From the NCBI RefSeq assembly GCF_009914755.1, contig NC_060932.1: a stretch of DNA of 64,000 nt. One strand, written 5' to 3'. The translations under genes were made by a program, and so were the position numbers. This document shows, in pieces, positions 40,875 to 53,563 of this stretch; position 1 is the stretch's first letter; the number at the start of each line of letters is the position of its first letter. This DNA comes from the human T2T-CHM13v2.0 reference genome, Homo sapiens. Under the pieces are notes generated by a model. It saw only the letters and a program-made list of their open reading frames with translations, had not been told where the DNA came from and made no database searches.

Positions 40875-42330
40875 CCTATTCAATGAATATTCATTAAGTA
40901 CCTATTATGGCTAACTATTTTTCTGAACATTTGGGATATATAAATTGATAAAAACCAATAAAAATTTCACTTCTTTAATGGAGGAAAGACATCCTATATA
41001 GAGGGTGATGAATGGAAATAAACTAGAACAGGTCAAGAAGAATCACAAGTGCCAGGTTTAGGGATTGTTTGTAACTTTAAATAGGTTATTAGAATAGGCC
41101 CCATTAGGATGGTGATATTTGAGTAAAGGCTTTGATGTGGTTTGGGTGTGTCCCCATCCAAATCTCATCTTGAATTGTAGTTCCCATAATCCCCACCTGT
41201 CGTGGGAGGGACCCTGTGGGAGGTAATTGAATCATGGGGGTTTTACCTCCATGCTTTTCTCTTGATAATGAGTGAGTTCTTGAGATCTGATAGTTTTCTA
41301 AGGGGCTTTTCCTCCTTTTACTCCACACTTCTCCTTCCTGCTGCCATGTGAATAATGATGTGTTTGCTTCCCCTTCCACCATAATTGTAAGTTTCCTGAA
41401 GCCTCCCTAGCCATGCTGAACTGTGAGTCATTTACACCTCTTTCCTCTATAAATTACCCAGTCTTGGGTATTTCTTCATAGCAGCATGAGAATGGACTAA
41501 TACAGGCTTGGAGGAGTTTAAGGAGTTAGTCATGGGGTGTCAGAGTACGCTTCATTAGGAAGATGCTATTTGAGTAAAGACTTTGAGGACTTCAAGGAGT
41601 TAGTCATGTGGGCAACTACACAACTGCATTGGAGGCAGAGGGAACATTTACTCTAAAGTCCTTAAGGCAGGAAAATTCCAAGACTGATCAAGTAACAGCA
41701 GGAGAGCGTGTGCAGACGCCTTGGGCCAAGATGTTGAATACATACTGAAGGGAGCCAAGGGTGGGAGGTGATCCGAGAGAGTGATTTTTCTGGTGTGGAT
41801 CAGGGTGGTAGCAATGAACGCGATGTAAACTCATCAGATTGTGGATGCGCTATACTTGGAAGATAGGGCAAGTAAGGTTTGTGGACAGGTTGGTTGTGGG
41901 ATATGACAGAAAGAGGTTCCAAGGATGATTTCAAGGCTTATAGTTTCTCTAATTGGAAGGAGGAAGTTGCCATCAACTGAAATAAGGAAGGCTATGATGA
42001 GCAGGTTTGGTAGAGAAGATCAAGAGTTTGTGTTGGGCCTGTTATAAAGTTGAGATTCTATAAGACTTCCAAGGGTAGATGGTGAGAAGACAATCTCCAG
42101 ATATATGAATCTGGAGTTTAGGAAAGAGGTCTGGAATATGTGTAAATATGGGAGCCATCAGCACATAATAGATGCTGAGTGAACGAAGAGACTGCCTGAG
42201 ATTATCAAATGAGGCATAGATGGCTTGAGAATGAGACTGAGGTTGGAGTCCTGGGTCACTCTAGCAGAGATTAGGGTAAGAAGGGAAACCAACCAAAGAG
42301 AGTAAGCTGGAGCCCTCTGCACCCTTTTTG
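40875..42330 (-). mobile_element. L2, interrupted by a THE1 LTR
   Basis: Antisense L2 tail (attcaatgaatattcattaagtacctatt) and purine-rich body. Confidence 0.75.
41133..41504 (+). mobile_element. THE1 (C/D-like) solo LTR
   Basis: tgatgtggtttgg...caaatctcatcttgaattgtagttccc...ggactaataca; perfect TSD ggctt. Confidence 0.92.
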
Positions 42331-42522
42331 ACAGCAGTAGGTAGTAGATGTTTATTTAGTGGATAAATGCCCAAAGAGGAGGTAAAGTAGCAAATGACAA
42401 AGGGGAATTTTATCTGTCTATGTAGAATAAATTAAAAGGTGAAAAACAGAATCAACTGTATTTATCTCATCAGTGAATGGGTAGGAAGCAAGTGATGGAA
42501 ATTAACATAAAAGTAGATCTGA

Positions 42523-42925
<403 letters not shown>

Positions 42926-43014
42926 TCATGATGCTTAATGTGCTGGTGTGGCTAATTCTTTGAAAAAGTATGTAAAAAAATCCCTTCTCTACAGAGATGA
43001 ATCTAGTTCTTCAG

Positions 43015-43333
43015 ATTGGTTATTCCTATACTTTTTATTTGTTTTTGTTTTTGTTTCAGAGACAGGGTCTTGCTCTGTTGCCCTGGCTGGGGTGTAATCA
43101 CAGCTCACTGCAGTCTCGACCTCCTGGGCTCAAGGAATCCTCCTGCCTCAGTCTCCTGAATAGCTGGGACTACAGGGGCACACTACCACACTCAGCTAAT
43201 TTATTTATTTTTTGAAGAGATGAGGTCTTGCTATGTTGCCCAGGCTGGTCTCGAACTTCTGGGCTCAAGCAATCCCCCTGCTTAGGCATCCCAAATTGTT
43301 GGGATTACAGGTGTGAGCCACCCATGCTTGACC
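43015..43333 (-). mobile_element. AluJ
   Basis: gagacagggtcttgc...ctcctgggctcaag; small internal deletion. Confidence 0.92.
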
Positions 43334-45036
43334 ATGTGAATATGAATATACTGGAGAATAGCAACACTAAGTAGTTGAAACTCATTTTAGAAATTACCCC
43401 ATGAACATATCTAAATTCTTCATAATGAGTCATAGAAGAATTTCTAAAGTCAACTTGGTAAAATGTACTGATGATTTTCATTGAAAAAGCATGATTTTGC
43501 TTTCACATATTTAATAATTTGTAGAACTTTCAACTTTCACTGTGGTCTTAACTGGTATTAAAGGTGATTTGGAAATTGTATTGAGCATGTATCTTGCTAT
43601 AGTATAAAAGAAGTAGACATTTTCCTTAAGAACTTTATATTCTAGGTTAAACAGTTAAAACACTTATATAAATATACATATAAACAGTTTAGTTGAGAAA
43701 ATATAAGATGATGTAATTGCAGGTCTGTTTGACTCCCACCTATCTCTTTTGAGAGAAGAATTTATAAAAGAATAGACTGAAAAAGTGGCAATAACTATAA
43801 ACTTGCATTTTGACAGGAAGAAGAATAGAAAAGGAAGCAGAATCAGCTGCCTTGATATGGATACAAGTTCTACAAATAGGACAGCCACTATGCTTGAATA
43901 GTAGTAGTTCACATACTTCACGAAGTAAATTAAATGTGATTATATTGGGCCTGACCTGTTGGTGAGAAGTGGATGTCTCAGCGTGGGGAGGTGTGTAAGC
44001 TTGCTCAGGACCAAAAAGAGCCCTAGGTAGTGAAATCTTTGTGAGGGGTTGGAACCTGAATAGGAAATAGCATTTAACAATGCTCATCTTAAAACCGAAA
44101 ACCTCAGTTTTTTTATGAGTATGTTAAGAATCTCTGAAGATACAACCTGGGTTGGACGATTACCCAAGATCTGTTACATATTTAACATCAGGGAAGTTAT
44201 GCAAAGCTTATTATTGTTTCTTGTGTTTATTTTGGGTGCTGACCTTCAGAAAGGCCTTAGCTAATCTCCAGGTCAAAGCCTATAGTGACCACCCTTGCTG
44301 CCGCTGCATGCCACACCTCCCTCTCTGTGCTATCTTGCTGCATTTAGGGACTTTGTTGTCATAGTTCCTCTCTTACTGCAAAGGGATTCCAAAGCTCTTG
44401 AAAAATAGGAAGTAGCTCATCCTTTTCTATGGGCTGAGGGGAGCAGTCCTTGATTTACGATAAGAAAATTCTATAATCTTTGGACCTTTGATAGAGGTGA
44501 CAAATACAGAGATCTTTCTTGGAATATAATTTGTCCAAAACTATTTTGAGAAAGCACACAAGGCATTAACATTTACATTTCCAATTAAAGCATAGGGAAA
44601 CTGTTTACAACAAGGGGACAGAAGTTGATGCTGTTGTTTATTGTGTTATATGCTGGTTATAGACCCTCGTTTTACAGTTATTTCTCTAAAATGCAGTAAA
44701 AAAAAAAAAAAGAATGCCTAGCAACATAGCAACCTCTATGAAATGAGGCATATGCTGTTTCTAAGACTCACAATATGTTTTTCTGAACTGTTTGCTCATA
44801 AACATGTTTATTGTAGGTGCTGCTTGGGCAGGGACTGCTTTCCTGTAGAAATCCTCTCTTGAATACACTAGGTTCTGGTTCCTCTTGTGGAAGAATGAAG
44901 CTCTTTTTGACTGCCTTGGAAAATTTGATACTTTCAGGTATTTATGACATAATCAATGGCTGATATGTGTCTTCAGGATTTATGACTGTCCTGTCATAAA
45001 TTGCCGTAGTTTCAGAGTGCATACAACATCACTGTC

Positions 45037-45344
45037 TTTTTATTACTGTTATTATTGGAGACAGGCTGTCACTGTGTTGCCCAGGCTGGAGGGCAGTGGC
45101 GAGGTCTTGGCTTATTGTAACCTCCTCCTTGCCAGCTCAAGCCATCCTCCCACCTTAGACTCTCTAGTAGGTGGGACTATAGGAGTGTGCCACCATGCCT
45201 TGCTAATTTTTTAAAAAACATTTTTGTAGAAATGAGGTTTTACCATGTTGCCCAGGCTGGTCTCGAACTCCTGAGCTCAAGGGACCCACCCACCTCAGCC
45301 TCCTAAAGTACTGGGATTACAGGTGTAAACCATTGTGCCCAGCC
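45037..45344 (-). mobile_element. AluJ
   Basis: Diverged antisense Alu; TSD ctgtctttt. Confidence 0.92.
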
Positions 45345-46146
45345 CACTCTGTCTTTTGAGGTGGTGGGAAGGTGAGATGTAGTGACACAGATATTCTGTG
45401 TACCATAGTGATACCTTATTTATGAATCATCTTGCTCTCTCTCTTGAAGTCTCTCTATGCTAGAAACATCATCTGATGTGGTATTCGACACGGGTTCACC
45501 TTCTGGTTTTGTCACTAAATGCTTTATGACTTTGATCTCAGCCCTTCTCTGTGTCTAGAGAATTGTTAAATTACTAAATTAAAATGAATTTTTGAGAGTC
45601 TTTTGATGTCACAAAATGTAATAGCTGCTGAGTGCCCAAGTATATATCAATTTTTCTTTAGTGAAGAAGATGCAGAAGTGGTAAAGGAGAGGCTGCTTTT
45701 GGAGAGGGCAGAGTGAGAGGAGATGGAAGTTTGGAAATATGTCTTATAAGGAAGGCCAATGAGGAGGCAATCATTCTGTAACATGTACTTGTGATCTAGT
45801 AAAGCTTGTGTTTTGTATAGAAGGCTATGTAGGCTTTTATGACTGGGAACGTGTGAAAATAATGACCTAGAGCCAATGGGGCATAGGGACATTTGCGGCA
45901 TCTAACCCAGGTCTTTTTCATTCCCAGGCTAGGGGGCTACAATTCTCTTCTGAAAGTTACTTGGCATGATCATCTTGCTGTTCTTAAAGCAAAATAGCCC
46001 AAATTTTGTTGAAGAAATGTTTTAGAGAAATGATTGCCTCATATTTCTAACACCACTCTTGGTTATTTGTTTACTAAATAGCTTTTTATTGGGGGAAAAG
46101 TGTATGGAAATTTAAGTTGGGGAAATTACTTGGGAGAACTTCTTAA

Positions 46147-46851
46147 TGTATTAGTCTGTTCTTGCACTGCTATAAAGAATTACTTGAAACTGAGTAATTT
46201 ACGAAGCAAAGAGGTTTAATTGACTCACAGTTCTGCAGGCTGTACAGGAAGCATGGTTGGGGAGCCCTCAGGAAACTTACAAGCATGGCAGAAGGATGAA
46301 GAGGAAGCAAGCACCTTCTTCACATTGGCAGAGCAGGAGGAAGAGAGTAAAAGGAGAAGTGCTACACACTTTTATTTATTTATTTTTTTGAGGCAGAGTC
46401 TCACTCTGTCACCCAGGCTGGAGTGCAGTGGTGCGATTTTGGCTCGCTGCACCCTCTGCCTCTCAGGTTCAAGTGATTCTTATGCCTCAGCCTCCCGAGT
46501 AGGTGGGATTAGAGGCATGCACCACCACGCTAGGCTACTGTTTATATTTTTAGTAAATACGGGGTTTTGCCCTGTTGGCGAGGCTGATCTCAAACTCCTG
46601 GCCTTAAGTGATCTGCCTGCAGTGGCCTCCCAAAGTGCTGGGATTGCAAGCGTGAGCCACCATGCTCGGCCTACACACTTTTAAATCTTTTAAATAACCA
46701 GATCTCATGAGAACTCACTCACTATCACAAGAACAACAAGGGGGAAATCCACTTCCATGACCCAATCACTTCCCACCAGATCCCTGTCCCAACATTGGGG
46801 ATTACAATTCAACATGAGATTTGGGTAGGGACACAGAGCCAAACCATATTA
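46147..46851 (-). mobile_element. MSTA-like MaLR solo LTR, interrupted by an Alu
   Basis: tgtattagtctgttcttgcactgctataaagaa...ggctgtacaggaagcatgg...gagatttgggtagggacacagagccaaaccatat. Confidence 0.9.
46375..46671 (-). mobile_element. AluS
   Basis: Antisense Alu; TSD tacacactttta. Confidence 0.95.
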
Positions 46852-47261
46852 CTGAGGAACAACTTAATGTAGATAGTTTCTGTGTATGTGTGAGAATAAA
46901 GTTTTCTTATAAACCATTCTATTTTTTAAGTTCAACTATTTTATCTTCCTTAAAGATAGGGGGGTTGAAAGTTGATTTTATAGTTTGAGCTCTTGTTATT
47001 TTTCAACCATTAGCCAATAAATATAAGTGGCAATTATTTAAGAAGAATAACATAATAATCAAATATTGAGAAATATAAGAAGCTTAGAATTGTGGAGTTG
47101 GAAGGGACAAGTCACCTCAATTTATAGTCAGCATTTATCTAATTGTTCTGCCCCCCTTAACTGTAAAATGGCAAAAGTAATACTTGATCCATAAATTTCT
47201 TTTAAGGATTAAAAGATAATGGATTAAAAGATAATGTATACATTCAAAAATATTTTTTAAG

Positions 47262-47569
47262 TGTTTTGTTTGTTTGGTTTGTTTTTTCAAGACAAAGTCT
47301 TACTCTGTCGCCCAGGCTGGAGTGCAGTGGTGCTATCTTGGCTCACTGCAACCTCCGCCTCACTGGTTCAAGCATTCTCCTCCCTCAGCCTCCCAAGTAG
47401 CTGGGATTACAGGCATGTGCCATCATGTCCAGCTAATTTTTGCATTTTTAATAGAGACAGGGTTTCACCATGTTGGCCAGGCTTGTCTCGAACTCCTGAC
47501 GTCAAGTGATCTGCCTGCCTTGGTCTCCCAAAGTGCTGGGATTACAGGCGTGAGCCACAGCACTTGGTC
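47262..47569 (-). mobile_element. AluS (Sx/Sz-like)
   Basis: Full antisense Alu. Confidence 0.95.
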
Positions 47570-47789
47570 TATTGAGTGTTTAGTATGTGCCAAGGCATAT
47601 GCTGGTTCAGAGGATATATCTGTGTACTAGAAAGAAGATCCTGGCTTTACTAACTAGGAGGGAAAAAAACTTTACCCGGTGATGACAAAGGTGATAAGTA
47701 CTTCCACAGTGCTCACTGGGACAAAGTGTCAGACCTTACACAGTACCTGATACTAGGGGAGAAAGAGGGATGGACCTGATGTGTCTTGG

Positions 47790-48045
47790 GTGTAAAGTAT
47801 ACCCATTATATAATCCTAACAGCAATTCTGTAAACCTGGTCTTATTTTCCTTCCTTTTACAGATGAGCAAACTTGTGTTCTTGTAGGTCTGTGTCAAGTA
47901 ATGTTTGTTAAATAAGTTAATGTGTAAATGGAAACCTGAGCAGTTGTGCAACATGCCCAAATTCTTCAGCAAGTTAGTGACAGCTGGGACCAGAGCTGTT
48001 TCTGACTTCAGCCCAGGGGTCCTTTCATTATTCTACACTGCCTCT
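47790..48045 (-). mobile_element. MIR
   Basis: taatcctaacagcaattctg...ttttacagatgagcaaact...tctgacttcagccc. Confidence 0.7.
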
Positions 48046-49041
48046 CAGAGTGTGCATAGGTGTGTGTGTGTATGCATGGGAGATAGGAAAGTTGCAGTCT
48101 TATATATGCTACACTTATCAATATAAAAATTATTTCACAAAACACAAATAATAGTGAAGTCAGGGCTCCTAGTTTAATCCATTTTAATTCCTATCACTAG
48201 TTACAGGTATATTTAATTATCCAGATACGTTGACTTTGTGCTGTGGATTTAGTGTACTAAATAACAGGATCCAAATCTGTGAAGTTTTCTTTTTCTGGAA
48301 AACTACTGGCTCTGAAGCAATTTAAGCCAGAATTCAAGGCCATTCATCCAAAATTTAAGGTGTTCTGAAATAGAAGGTGTATATATCACTTTACTTAATG
48401 TGTGGGTTGTGTGGGAGACTTTTCTTTGCAAATTGAATCATTGGAGACCAATGATCCTATAACTGCATTTGAAATCCTTCAGCTGGCAAACCTTTGGTAG
48501 TTTTAATTTCTTTCTCAAAGAAAACATCTGTTATAGGTGTCTGTAGTCTAGTTGTGTGTGGGCTACCATTTCAATTAGTAAAGCTATAATGACAGTCTTG
48601 GGATTTTGTAGAAACCCTAGTAATAGATAGAAGTGAACATTTCTAATCCTTTATTATGATCCCGTTATCAATTTCAAGTCAGTTTCTTCCCTATGCCATC
48701 TATCCACCAACTCCCAGCTGTCTTGAAAGAACATATATAATATTTTTCTAACTTTAGGGAATTTCTTTTAAGTTTGAGGGCCTCTTTCTTTTTGCTAGGA
48801 AGGGAAGCCGGGTCAGGAAAGCAGAGGAGTTAGTTTTGGAGGGCCCTCCTTTTGTGCATCATTTAGTTGCAGACCTAAGCAATGTCTTTAATCCCAAGGA
48901 AATGATACAACACTCCTGGAGTCTTCCACGGTTTTCAGAAGGTGAGTATTCACTAACAGTACCTAACTCTGTCCCTTCTGTAATTTATGTGGACTCTAAA
49001 CATTGCTGTAAAGTACTGCTGGAGAAATACAAGACTTGTAC

Positions 49042-49156
49042 ATTTTTCTTTTCTTTTCTTCTTTCCTTCCTTCCTTCCTTCTCTTTCTCTCTTTCTTTCT
49101 TTTTTTTTTTTGATGGAGTTTCACTCTTTGTTGCCCAGGCTGGAGTACAGTGGCAC
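49042..49156 (-). mobile_element. Severely 5'-truncated Alu with a CT-rich tail
   Basis: Poly-T/(CTTC)n followed by gatggagtttcactctttgttgcccaggctggagtacagtggc. Confidence 0.85.
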
Positions 49157-52100
49157 TTAAAAGTCAACCTGAATCGCATTTTTCTCCAGTCTGCAATAGT
49201 TTGCCCAAATAATTACAGTTTTAAGTCTTTTAAATGGTTACTAGTCCTTCCAGCACAGAAAGGTGATGCAGCCCCAAATAATGTGTATGTCGGTACTGTC
49301 ACTACAGTGCTTTGGGTCGACCAATCTCATCCTGACTTCTGATCTGGAGTCTACTGTCATAGAAAGGTATAATATGCTTATAATTTTTCTCCCCCAATAT
49401 TTCTTTGCTTCTCTGTGGCAGTATTTCTCCCCCAAAACACTTAGAGATGTTTGATTTTATCCTTGCAGCTGTTATAAGGCAGACAAGCTCGAGCTGACAC
49501 ACACAGTTTCTCTCATGACAAGGACCAATTGTGATTTATGACCATTTACAGGATGCTAGTGATGTGGGGAAGGGTGTGTTTTTAGCTAGCAAGGCTATGT
49601 CCTTTCACTTGGAAATAAACAACATGTTAAAAATATGTAGCAGGGTTAAAAAGAGGAAGCTTCACTGTAATTTTCGTTTAGTGAAGAGCCCTTAGGCTAA
49701 CTTTCTATAATGTTCAGCTAATGTGTTTATATCTTCAAATCATCTTAACAAATATTTATTGACTGCCTGCTTCTTGCAAGGTGTTATGCTGGCTGAAATG
49801 AAAGTTTTCATGAAAATTCTAATGTATAGAATTAGGAAGTTAGAAAGCGGGGTTATTAGCATGGGTCTTTGTCTGCTTTAGTTGAATAGAACCTGTTATG
49901 AAGCAATACATTTTCCTCCAAAAATTTGGCTTCTTTAGCAAGCAGCATATCAACTAAAGATGAAAGAAAGAAGTGGAAACATTTATTCACTTGTAATGTT
50001 AATATAAATCTTTGTTTTCATCAGAAATTCCTGAAAAGCTAGATTATAATATGTTACAGTACAACCTTGGGTTTGGCTTTTAGCACCAAGGTTAAACAAA
50101 GATTTATGAACACAAAAGATGCTGTGAAAGCTCAGATTCCTGCTAAACCTTGAATGTCCTATAGTCCTCTAAATGGTCCTAAATGTGGAAAAATCAGTCT
50201 TCTCATTGGTTAGGACCCACTGACTTCCGTCATTGTAATTACTGTGATATAACCTGTAGGGTATGAGTGATTAAATAATTTAATATCACTGGGAGAGTTA
50301 CTTATTATGTGTTTTATTTGTATATTTGCAAGCAGTTCTTCATTTCTCATGACAGTTCTTGCATTCATCATTTACTAAAATGGGGTTCTGAGTTAATAAC
50401 ATTTTTTTTCCTCATTATAAAAATTCTCAGAACAAGTCAAGATCTAATTAGACATCTTCAATTTATTAAATCAGACCTCTTTACAGAGCCCTTTTAGAAG
50501 CCCAGGTAACACTTGTTGTTTTAAATCACTGGCCCAACATAGTCACATGAATATACCTTGATGCAAAGAAGACGGTGAAGATGTAATTTTTTAGCCTTTG
50601 CATATTAAAAAAAATCAGAATTCTGATAGTAAGAAAAACATATTGTTTAGTTGCCCAAGTTGTGTCTTTTTCTCCACCTCTGATTTCTTCCCAATACTTT
50701 GATGAAGTACTCTGATGAAGTACTCCCAATACTCTGGCGATTTTCTTTTTCTTACCCACTATAAAGTGTGGTGTTTGCACTTCATGCCTGAGTCTTTCTT
50801 TCTGAGAAGAGGCTCCTGCAAGTCTTTGGCAGCTTTCAACTACATTAATTTTACAGGTCCATCCTTGAAGCAAAACTTTAAAAAGGTATTTTATGCTTTT
50901 TTCCTTCCTTTTTTTTAAAAAAAAAATTTTTCACCTTTTAATTGTCAGTTCTAATTATCTGTGCAAACTGATTCAGGCAGAAACATACAATTCTGAGAGA
51001 AAAAGGGACCCTGGGACTGACAACCTAGGTTTACTGAGTGGGAGAGGCAGAGGTGCTTCCCAAATAAAAACTGTGGCTGTTACCAGAAGAAGGGAACAGG
51101 GATGCTGGAAAAAGAAAGGACAGACATCCAGTTCTGGAAGGTTTATTTGGCTTTTATTCATAAAAATACGAAAACCTTTCCTTGGTTTTCTGCTCTTAAT
51201 CTTCCTTTAAATACATCAACTAGACATAGTCGATATAGGTGGTTCTTGTAAGATAAAACCTCCTTGGCCCCATGCAGGTACTCTCCTGATATTTATACAC
51301 AGAATTGCCCATGTCTCTTAAAAAAGAGAACATCTGATTTGCCTTTAAGAAAAATGTGCAGGATGGGGTGGGAATGAGGGTGGGTGAGGGCTTTACATTT
51401 CATGCAGTTGCAGACTTTTTGGAGGCAGCTTTTACTCTCTGGGTCATATTTTAATTCCTGATCCTGAAGTGGAGGGGAATCCTGATGTTAGTGTCTGGGT
51501 GGTATTCTTGATAGACTTTTAGTTGAATAAGTAAGGAAGGATGCTTACATGAACAAACCTTATTCAGTGTCCCAGTTTCTGAGCAGCCCAAGGCACCAAA
51601 GCCTAACCTAGGATGAGGATGGTTTGTGTGGAGCTGGTGAAACTACAGCTCCCGATCTCATCCAAGATTGTTGTTTTCCATTTGCTGCTGAACAGCTGTT
51701 TGTTTGGCTTTCCAGCGGCATGAATATGCCCACATAATCACAAACTCCTAGATATTGAGGCATCTTAATGAGAACATAGCCTGATTTTGGAAGGAATGGA
51801 ATGAAGGAGGCCAAGTGAATTGCATCAGGGTGCCTGGTGGAAAAACTGGCATTAGAACCTCGATTCTATGCTCACTGTCCGTGCTCTGCTCCAGTACATG
51901 AAATTTGTCAGAGAAAATGAGATGAAGCACCATGGTTTCCTATGCCCTCCCTGTTTGTTCCTGGTACTTAACCAACCTAAAATCTACTCATGGATCTGTC
52001 AGGTTTTAGATTTAGTAACAGGCTCATTGACTATGGAAATAATTGGGTGGGGGCTGAGGTCTTTATGGTAGATTCAAGTAACTAGAGCAAGAGTAGATGG

Positions 52101-53004
52101 GTTATTGTGGTAGAATGAGGGACATTTGCTAGTTTAAATCACATTTCTGCAGTTTGTGGTTGGACTTGGAGCTTCTTTTTCTCTGTAGCTTAGTAGCAGA
52201 TGCGCTTTTCGCTGCTGGAGCAAAACTACCTACAGTAGTGTGAATCAGCAAGTAGGGAGTATTATTAGTCATGTGAATTCAGATACTTCCTATTGCCAAA
52301 GGCTTGATATATTCATATCTTACATTTTATCTTCTCTGTGACGATTCATTACATGTAGTGAGAGCATATACTTAGTCTTCTGTGTGGCTCAACTGGGGGC
52401 ACATTTGGTCTAGTCCAAGTAATTATATGTAACGTAAAATTACATACAGCACAGTCATCAAAGAAGCTGTCCTTCCTTCCCCTATCACTAAGATCTAGGG
52501 TGACTCTGGAGTGCCACTGTGTGAACATTTCTCACTCTTGTGAGCATGTTTCTAAATCCCAAATCAATCTGACAAAGGATTTTCTGTGAATTTCTTGTTA
52601 ATTTCTTGACATAAAAGCTCTTATGAACATACATATTCCGAACTTAATTCTTTGTTTGAGTCAAAATCATTTTTATTCAAGAGGGAACAATTATATTAAT
52701 CTAGATTTGCCTGGTAAATCCATAACATACAGACCTGAAGTTCAAGCAGAACCCGAGGTAATGTGAGCCCTGGGTAAGGTATAGTAAGGATGGAGAGGTA
52801 GGTAAAGAAAGGCGAGAATGATTCATTTATTGAGAAAGATGAGCAAGGTGGTCAAATAGATTTGCTTCTCAACAAAGCGTGTAGTTTAAGCACTTAGTTT
52901 TGGTTTCTTTTGAAGCTGCCTTCCCTTTTTCCCATCTCTCTATTCCAACATAACAGAAAAAGAAGGAAAAAAAATCAATACAAAACAACCATTTACTTAT
53001 TTCC

Positions 53005-53276
53005 CAGAGTAATGCTTCTCAAACTTTAGCAATGTGCATGCAAATCACCTGGCAATCTTGTAAAATGCAGATTCTGATTCAGTAGTGGTCAGGCAGTGAT
53101 TCTCAAAGAGTGTTCCTTGGAGCAGCCTTGTTGGAACAACTGTGAGCTTATTAGAACTGTAAATTTATGAGCCCCACCTAACCTATTGAGTTACAATTTT
53201 ATTAGATGGGCCCAAAAAGTGTTTTAGGAAGCTTACCAGGTGATTCTTATTCACCTGAAAGTTTGAGAATCACTGA
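53005..53276. mobile_element. Two adjacent MER5A pieces in opposite orientation
   Basis: ttctcaaacttt...aatcacctgg at the left, mirrored by ccaggtgatt...aaagtttgagaa at the right. Confidence 0.75.
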
Positions 53277-53504
53277 CATAGAGGAGATTCTCTGGAGTTT
53301 TTCTCAGGACTCTGGTATTTTCTACTGTCACTGGGCTTACAGTATACAGTTGATCTTTAGCAGTGGAAACAGTTGGACAGAGATCTTTATTTAGGCTCCT
53401 GAATGGCTGTCGGCATCTTGAAAGTTGACTGGCTTCATTAAAGTCTCTATTTCTTGGTCCTTTGACATCTATTATGATAACCCTGATACTTTCTAAAGCA
53501 GACA

Positions 53505-53563
53505 TGCCACTTCATGGAATCACGCACCTCATGGAATTCCATGCACTTCATGGATTCATGCAC
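53505..53563. repeat. Short tandem repeat, ~17-19 bp unit x3
   Basis: cacttcatggaatcacg / cacctcatggaattccatg / cacttcatggattcatg. Confidence 0.85.

Noticed and set aside
50700-50726. TGATGA...CTGA resembling snoRNA C/D boxes
   Set aside because: A 13-bp tandem duplication (tgatgaagtactc x2); spacing far too short and no terminal stem
53505-53563. Repeat array superficially like a CRISPR or operator array
   Set aside because: Three degenerate tandem units without spacers, in human DNA
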